Shown: in pieces, positions 56,143 to 64,000 of the stretch
How positions within the stretch are numbered: the stretch's first letter is position 1
Layout of the letters: each line of letters starts with the position of its first letter
Source of the DNA: Eledone cirrhosa
Lineage: Eukaryota
Length of the DNA stretch: 64,000 nucleotides
Reading direction: 5' to 3'
NCBI GenBank assembly: GCA_964016885.1
Contig: OZ024743.1
Coordinates: 44,454,001 to 44,518,000, forward strand
Notes under the pieces: generated by a model
Databases searched by the model: none
What the model saw: only the letters and a program-made list of their open reading frames with translations
What the model was told of the DNA's origin: nothing
Program-made: the position numbers and the translations under genes

Positions 56143-58581
56143 TGACCGCTGTGCTATATAACGGAAACATTTTTTCCTATGACGTTTTGTGGTGTAATAC
56201 ATTGGCATTGTTCTTATCAATCCTGTCATAGAAAATATTTTTACATTATATAGATTGCTTTCTATTGGTTCTATATGGCTGCATATTTAGTTGAGGTGAA
56301 AATCATAGTATTTAGATATACTGATAATTGTTTCTACTTTTGGCACAAGGCCATCAATTGATAATATGACCCTGTTTCGGTTCATAGTTAAAATATGTTA
56401 TGCCCCATAATGCAAATTGTCTTCTCGACAGCATGATGCCGAATCCACTCCCCATATTTACTATGTTCAGTTATGTGTCTGCGGCATGGAGCAACACGTC
56501 AGATTTCAGACATTGTGAGGCTAACTGGTGTTGTATTCATTAATACAGCTAATTTTATATTTACTAATTAACGTGTTTGTTTGAATGACAAAGATATTTT
56601 ACATACTTAGAAATACAACAGATATTTGCTCGATGTTTTCTATTAAAGAGTTTTATTGTTTCGATATCAATGTATTCCCCGTACTCATATGTTATCGACG
56701 CGCAGAATCAATTCTAATAAAATTGGTATAGTATGTGAGCTGACGCTTCAAATATATCCATTACACACCATTTATTGGCACCGCAAAGATGAAAGGCAAA
56801 TGATATTCTGAATATTATAGGGAATGTTATAAAATACGACATATGTAGTTTATAATTTTGTTATAAATGTAAAATACTTTCTTGTTAACAGAATTTTCAA
56901 ACATGTTTATTATACATTTCAAAGATTTCTTTCAATCATGTGTGACTATATGATCTCACCTGGAAATTAGAGGCATTATTTTCAACATAACTCTCTGAAC
57001 AAATTAGAAATCGTAACTAAAATTACGTTAAATGTACGACCTTAACATGATTCCAAATTAAGAATGTATAGAGAAATCAAATATTTCGATTAATAAAAAA
57101 ATAACCGCAAATGCTCCACTCCAGCGCACAAACATGAGTAAGTTGTTCTGTAGAGAACCAGTAGTTCCTCCTCCACGCGACCACTGCTATTCAAAGGAAA
57201 AGAAGAGCTTATATAAGAAAGCTTGGCACATGTGGCATCACGGGCAAACTCAAAAAGCAAACGACAGTATAACAATTTCGCCAATCCGCTGTTCCAGACT
57301 GGTAATTTATTTATCTACATAGAAAGGATGAAAGGCAAAGTTGATATTACTGAGATTGGGTTTCAGCACACAAAAAAAATAGACAAAAATACGGTGAAGC
57401 GTTTTAATTCGATGCTCTAACTTCTGAAAATATCTGACAGATTAAACAAGACAGATTTAGTTTGTCAATATTTATCTAAAGTCAAATCTAGAAACGTAGG
57501 AATGCTATGTAAATCTGTGTCGCTAACATGTTATGTTAAGGAAATATTGTAGTTATACTTATTTAGCAATTTGTTTGCTAATTCTTATGTAAATTATGAA
57601 AGAAAATATTTCTGCAGCCGAACCATTCATAAAGATCGAAAGTTGTCTCCTCTACTTGCTGATTAAATAAAACTATTGCTTCTATTTAACGGCAAATGTA
57701 AATAGATTTTAGATACTTAATAGACTAATCAATAAAGATACTTTCATCTACATCAATTTCTATGTAACTGTCTGGTCATTCAGTAATGTGAATCAGATGA
57801 CCTATATCAATATTTTCCAGCCCGTTTCTAATTATTATAATACGACTCTTGATCATACAGAAATATTATTCACTGTAATATGTGCGATAACTATCGCTAA
57901 AGATCATACAATGTATTTTATGTAATATCTGTACGCTTTTCCTGTCTGAGAGTGGTATAATAAAAGGTTCAACGAATTGATTCCGATGATTCCGAGTTTA
58001 GCTTGAAATTAATATTTAACTCTTATGTGTACAAAATACTGGAGAGTTATCTTAAATTGACGAAAACAATAGTCTACCGTTTTATTGATTCCAGGGTACA
58101 AGAAAGATAATATAAATCCTCATGTAAATACCACGAATTCTAGCAATCAGATTGATGTGAACTCCTGAAAAAGTACCCATTTCTGAACAGATTGAACTAA
58201 GGAAACCATGTTTCCATTGTTGATATAAAGGTTTTTTTATTTTAACTCAGAATGCAGAGAATCAGAACAGATACTCTAATAGATCCCACCCCTTTTCAAA
58301 TTGTCACCAATCCATTGAATCTGCGTCGGTAATTGATTTATGGTCCCTTGAAAAAAATGAAAGAAAATGTTTGTACTCGGTGGGATTTGAACTTAGAATC
58401 TCAGTGATCTGAAACAAATACAGATATATGTAATGCGATGCTCTACCAATTCAGCCTGTTCATCATCTTCGAACACCACTCTTCAAAATTATTGGACCCC
58501 GAAATCCACTGAAAATTAAATTGGATACATTGCTGTAGTGTTTAGGAGGCGAATTTGCAGAATCGATAAAAAATGAGATTT

Positions 58582-58917
58582 AATTGTTTCTACTTTTGGC
58601 ACAAGGCCAGCAATTATCCCAGTGCATTACTGGTACTTTATTTATCGACCCCGTAAGGATGAAAGGCAAAGTTAACCTCGGCGGAATTTGAACTATTACA
58701 GTAAAGGGATGTAACTCTGTGCTGGAAAGCATCAGATTTAATACCCTGGTATACACTTTGCACTCTAAATTCAAATCTCAGTCAACTTTCATTGTTGATA
58801 AATAAAGTGCCAGTCCACGGCGGGAATTGGAAGGATTGTTAAGTGTCTGGCAGTAAAGGGACGTAACTATGCTGGAAAGCATCATCCAACCCTCTACCGA
58901 TACTGCAAATTCACCAC
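58582..58917 (-). mobile_element. Rearranged Meta-type SINE with an internal plus-strand SINE fragment
   Basis: cagtaaaggga.gtaact.tgctggaaagcatca duplicated at about 58699 and 58851, around a plus-strand fragment. Confidence 0.7.
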
Positions 58918-59330
58918 AACGATTTAATAATGAACAGTCGATACTAGCAATTACACTTTCATTTACATTGATTTTGATGTTACTGTACCATATATAATTT
59001 AAATCTTAGCATTAATCTGTCATACAAGCGTTTATCTTATCAGTGAATTATATAACGATTTCGACTTCCTTTTCAAAGACAGTTTATCTGTTAAATACTA
59101 ACGGGTATTTACATTAAATGCTTCATCCTTACATTTCGAAATATTACTATCTGATATACGGCTGCCATTTCAATTAACTCTCTGATTATGTTTATCAAAG
59201 GAAATATTTACACATGATACCAAACATAGGTTTCTGCTTTTAATTCAACGCTCTCTAAAAGGTAAAATGGTACAGCACATTAATTACTTATTTATTCAAT
59301 TATAGTTATTCTCTTTCTTCCTTTATATAT

Positions 59331-59397
<67 letters not shown>

Positions 59398-59618
59398 TTA
59401 TAGTTGAGACAGTAAACAAAAAACAAAAAAACAACGTTGAAGCGAAGAGGCAATGTGTGTATGTATGTATATATATATATACGCGTATATATATAAGTTT
59501 ATCCCGGGTTAAATCGGGTAACCACAGTAAGCTGCCCAATACAAAGCAGAGTATAAATATATAATATAGAAAAGGCTTCTACAGGACTAGAACTGTTTCA
59601 ATCGGGAGAAGTCACCAG

Positions 59619-59669
59619 GGCTTCCTGATGATTTCTCCCTAATGAAACAGTTCTAGTGCTGTAGAAGCC
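59619..59669 (+). ncRNA. Type I hammerhead with a head-to-head mutated mirror copy (59563-59618)
   Basis: ggcttc-CTGATGA-tttctccctaat-GAAA-cag ttctagtg ctg-TA-gaagcc; stem II is weak; the mirror copy has CTGGTGA. Confidence 0.65.
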
Positions 59670-59754
59670 TTTTCTATATTAAATATATATATTCTTGTAT
59701 TACAGATGTTTTTAAACTGTATTATAACAAGTTTCATTGCAGTGAATTGACAAA

Positions 59755-59891
59755 TTAGTAAGAATGTCGGAGAGAAAGATTTGCGTAATTCGGTCCACCT
59801 TTCTGAGTCCAAATCCCGGAGATGTCAAATTCGCCTTTCATCATTCGAGAGATCAATAAGTAAAACCCCAGTCCAGTACCACCGTCGATCA

Positions 59892-59961
<70 letters not shown>

Positions 59962-59990
59962 TCGCTCTCTCTCTCTCCCTCTCTGCTTCT
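59755..59990 (+). mobile_element. Diverged Meta-type SINE followed by (CT)n
   Basis: ctgagtccaaatccc..gcctttcatcattc. Confidence 0.6.
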
Positions 59991-61039
59991 GATTCTCTCA
60001 TTCTCACGTCTCCCTCTCACCATTTCTTTCTCTCCTCCTCTACGAGAAATAGGCTGTCTTTTGATCAGGAGTGGGATTGGCTCTGCCAGATTTAAAATTG
60101 CATAACACTCCGTATGCCATGAAGGCGGCCCTACGACATCATAACGAGTTACAGGGGTATATATCATTGGAAGGATGAATTGTATTACAAATGCGTTTCG
60201 ATTCACATTCTTATAAATATCTATATTCATTGTATTACGATTTTTTTCTATCTCACTGTATTACAAACTATTTCAACTTGTTATATTATAAATATATTAA
60301 ACTCCATGTATTTTCATTAAATCTTAAAAATTTGTAGTAAAAGATTTAAATTCTGTCCCGGAATTAATGATTATTTTCAGTATTGTAATAAATGTTTAAC
60401 GAACCATCTAGGAAAATTTAATTTGTGATAAAATGTGATGTTTATTATTTTTAAACATATTAATTAACAAACTGATTACGGTCGATTCATACAAAAACAG
60501 CTCTGCACGCTTATATCATTGTTTACTTGATCTCAATACACACCATCACACACGTGTGTGTGTGTGTGTAAGTATGCGATCTATGTGTACATATTTACGC
60601 TTACATTTACATATATACAATCCTACGAATACATTTACGTACACACAGATACGTTACAAACTCACTCACACACAAAGGTCCTTATATATATATATACACA
60701 CCACATCGGTACATCGGTCCAATCAAACCAAACAAGTGCATGTTTACACATAACACAGCGGAAATTAAGAAAAAAAATAAACAGCGACCAGGAAAGACAA
60801 TCTCTGATTACTCCGTACCCAACCCATATGGAGCTCCCTTGATAATAGATCTTAAATACGAAAGCTTTTGGAATTAATAAATTGCTAAGGTAACAATCAG
60901 TGATAGATCTTATCTGTTTGACTAGGAGTTACATCAAGTGCGGGTCTGCGTTGATGTTCTCTCTCATTCACTCATTGACTCCGTATCTCTCGTTATCCCC
61001 TTCTCTCACTATTATATACATATGAACGCCCATGCCCTA

Positions 61040-62140
61040 GCCACCCGGCGGTCCCAGCAGACAAAATAATAAAGGTGTTTACACCGATGATGGTGAAGAC
61101 GCGTTAGAAAAGCCATTCCAGCTCGTGAGACTCAGAAATGCCGGTAGTGAAGTTCATGCCGATGGTAGTGAATAGGAATGTGTTCCTATGGCTAAGGACA
61201 CCAGAAATCTCCCATGCTATGGGCTAGAATGTAAACCTATCGGAGAACGACAAATATTTGGAGAGTTTAGCCTCCTAGGCCCGAAGTTAAAAAGAGCTTG
61301 GATTAGTCGCAAACTGCAACAGGTTGCCGTTGAAAAAAGTGTCGCTGCATGTGACATCCCAGATGAAGGGTTTAGCAACGCAGAACGGGAAGATGGTTGC
61401 GCCGTCTGGCCTTTAGCCGACTCTATGTTTTAGCCCAACAGGCTCGAGCTGCGAGGGGAAGCCTGCAGCATCCAAGCCATGCTTTAGGATCTCGTTGAGA
61501 GCAACATGGCACGGAGAGCGGCCGGCACTGTAATGAAAAGGCATAGGGTGGAGGCTGAAAGAGGCTACAGTGGATCCACAACGACATCTGTATGGCTCCC
61601 AGTTCCGAAGGCAGAGCCTCGGAGAAACCACGATTCGCAGGCTATTGAGCCTGGCACCGTAGTGGTGTATGACGCTGAGCGAAAACATGCAAGGCGATGC
61701 TGATCGAACTGGTGTGCTAGCCTCTCCGAGGCCATGACATAGTGGATGGCATCCCATTTGCTCTGGATTGTTCCTGGTCTAGTAGGTGGCCTCACATTCC
61801 TCGATCACAGTGGGTTCCATTGTGTTGTGAAGAACTCTGTTGATGAGGACACGTCAAGTGGTTATCGACGAAAGAAACGACGGCAAAATCAGCGAGACCG
61901 GAGAGCTGAGACCAAGGCTACCGTTTCTAACAGGTAAGGTGGCATGTTGCCATCAAAAGTGGTCGAACATAACGTTGCATATTTCCTCACCAGCCACTTG
62001 GATACAAATGTCGAGAGATGGTTGGCTGTAGCATGTAGCACTACGAAATGCGTACAGAAGCTTTGGCATGGTGGGCCAGTTCGTTAACAGGAAGAAGGCT
62101 TGATACGCGGCAATCAGGCCCAGTCTGGTCGCGGCCAACC
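61040..62140 (-). pseudogene. CRE-type non-LTR retrotransposon 3' fragment, degenerate
   Basis: MPKLLYAFRS, CRCGSTV..H..., HVALNEIL..LDAAGFPSQLEPVGL, followed by KGQTAQP/..IWDVTC (PD..D motif region). Confidence 0.75.
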
Positions 62141-62273
62141 GCTATAGAATATTAAGCCAACATTTCAACAGCAGGTGGAAATTGATTAAATATATGGTGA
62201 ACCATACACAATTAGGTATAAAATTAAAGTTAGAAATGCTTATATACATACCAGGATTAAATCCCTAAATGAC

Positions 62274-62346
62274 GACCCATGGGTTTCGCTCTCATTTTGA
62301 GATATCCTATTAAGGATAAATCTCGAGTTTAGAGCTTTATCAGGGG
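62274..62346 (-). ncRNA. Degenerate hammerhead in a pLTR-like fragment (about 62160-62720)
   Basis: CTGATAA-a-gctct..long hairpin..agagc-GAAA-cccatggg-TC; C3-A8 mismatch and broken stem I. Confidence 0.55.
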
Positions 62347-62780
62347 ACAAAATCGCTAGGACAAATTATTTTCTGAAGTGGCCCCCGCCAAACACGAATT
62401 CAAAATGGCTGAGAACTGTGACTTGGCAGTGATCAAGTCAGAAAGAGTGTGATTCGTTGCTCAGGGCGAGAGGGTTGGTTGCTAGAAAGCGCAGCCCAAT
62501 ATCGCCCAAATTGTATCTCAACCTTACGGGAGATTAAATATATAAAAAGATAAATAAATGCCATTGTTAAATAATAAATAAATCGACTAATCCCTTAACA
62601 CTTCACACAAAGTAAGACATTTCGTTTTAATCATTTTCTAACCCAGAAAAAAGAGAGAGATAGACAAGAAAAGGAAAAAAATATATTTTTCTTCCTCATA
62701 ATCGTCTCTTTCTCCCTGTTTTAATATATATATATATATATATATCCTAACTCGTGTGCCTCCTCTCCACATTTTATTAT

Positions 62781-62834
<54 letters not shown>

Positions 62835-62863
62835 GTATATACATACATATATATGTATATGCA

Positions 62864-62906
<43 letters not shown>

Positions 62907-63238
62907 CCGACCTCATTTCGCGGGCGCGCGAATACCTCAGATATTCAAAACAACGAACAGCAGAGGACACGTATCGATCCTATCCATCAGATAACCTTCC
63001 CGCTTCCCCGGTAAACCCCCCAGTTGATGGATGTGAATCCGAAATATAGGGACAATTAAATCTCTCCCAAGGTAACTCTATCTCGTGTTATTATTTTTAT
63101 TTTTTACGCTTTTTCTTATGTTCTTCTACACACTATACATCTCATTCTACATTCACTTACATCTCTCTCTCCACCACCGGATCTTTTTATCCGGAGAATT
63201 ACCCATCTGCATTGTTGAGGCTTCCAAAACGACCTAAA

Positions 63239-63276
<38 letters not shown>

Positions 63277-63296
63277 TATATATAGAGTTATAGTGA

Positions 63297-63440
63297 AGGC
63301 GGGTGGCTGAGTGGTTAGGGAATTGGATTCGCAATCGTAAGGTTGTGAGTTCGATTCCTGGACCAGGCGATGCGTTATGTCCTTGAGCAAGACACTTTAT
63401 TTCACGTTGCTCCTTCTACCTGGAGTTGCGACCGATAGAT
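63297..63440 (+). mobile_element. tRNA-derived SINE, second family
   Basis: A-box tggctgagtgg, B-box gagttcgattcc, then tgtccttgagcaagacactt (CORE/V-like). Confidence 0.8.
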
Positions 63441-63494
63441 AGTATTAGCAATTGGAAAGACCAACGGAAACATTGTTCCGTCGGTCCGATTTGA

Positions 63495-63830
63495 CGAAAG
63501 AATTATAAACTCAAACAGTCTTTTACAATTAAATAGCTCAAAGAAAGAGATATTTCTGAGCCGTGAAATACAAATTAATATAAATTGATATATGATAAAC
63601 ACTAATACAATTATATAAGTGCTTGTATTGAAAATTACCAAGTTAGCTAGATTGAAAAATATTAATTAAAATTAATACAGTTTGCCTGTCTCGATTTAAA
63701 ATAATAAATCAATAAAAACAAACCCATATTGGCAATAGCCGAGATGCCTGGACAAATTTAAATTTCAAAACCCAAATCTGTTCCGCAGACAAATCTAAAT
63801 TTCAAAACTCAAATTCGTTTCGCAACGTAA
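63495..63830 (+). mobile_element. Diverged partial copy of the 549-bp family
   Basis: cagtcttttacaat.aaatagctcaaagaaagag..tttctgagccgtg and accaagttagctagattgaaa are shared with 11520-11660. Confidence 0.8.
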
Positions 63831-63832
63831 TT

Positions 63833-63895
<63 letters not shown>

Positions 63896-64000
63896 GAATA
63901 AACTATTTTTCACTGGGAAAAATTTGTTAGCATTTTCTTTTTCTTGTTTACTAATATTTAACAACTCGTGTGTCACACCTCTATTTTTTAAATATATATA

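Noticed and set aside
62903-62990. Minus-strand ctgaggt..gcg cgcc cgc-gaaa-tgaggtc resembling an HHR
   Set aside because: Core and stems I and III do not fit.

Overview
AT-rich eukaryotic (animal) DNA made almost entirely of transposon debris and microsatellites. I could not support any host protein-coding exon. The SINE set resembles octopod cephalopod repeats (from memory, not a database result). Recognisable content: two substantial Penelope-like elements (PLEs: RT plus C-terminal GIY-YIG) and a third rearranged PLE remnant; a near full-length but disabled R4/Dong-type RLE LINE plus a 3' fragment; RTE LINEs and bipartite RTE-derived non-autonomous elements stacked in (TATG)n; CRE-type fragments; a mariner remnant; and about 20 tRNA-headed Meta-type SINEs. 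Main result: about ten hammerhead ribozyme (HHR) motifs from at least eight unrelated sequence contexts. Most sit in small non-coding tandem or inverted elements whose 3' ends run into (TA)n, as in retrozymes and PLE pseudo-LTRs. One HHR has a compensatory U3-A8 core. Two other families share the architecture but show no recognisable HHR, so they may use a different processing RNA. There is also an apparent U6 snRNA/retroposon-tail chimera. All RNA structures were read by eye and none were computed.
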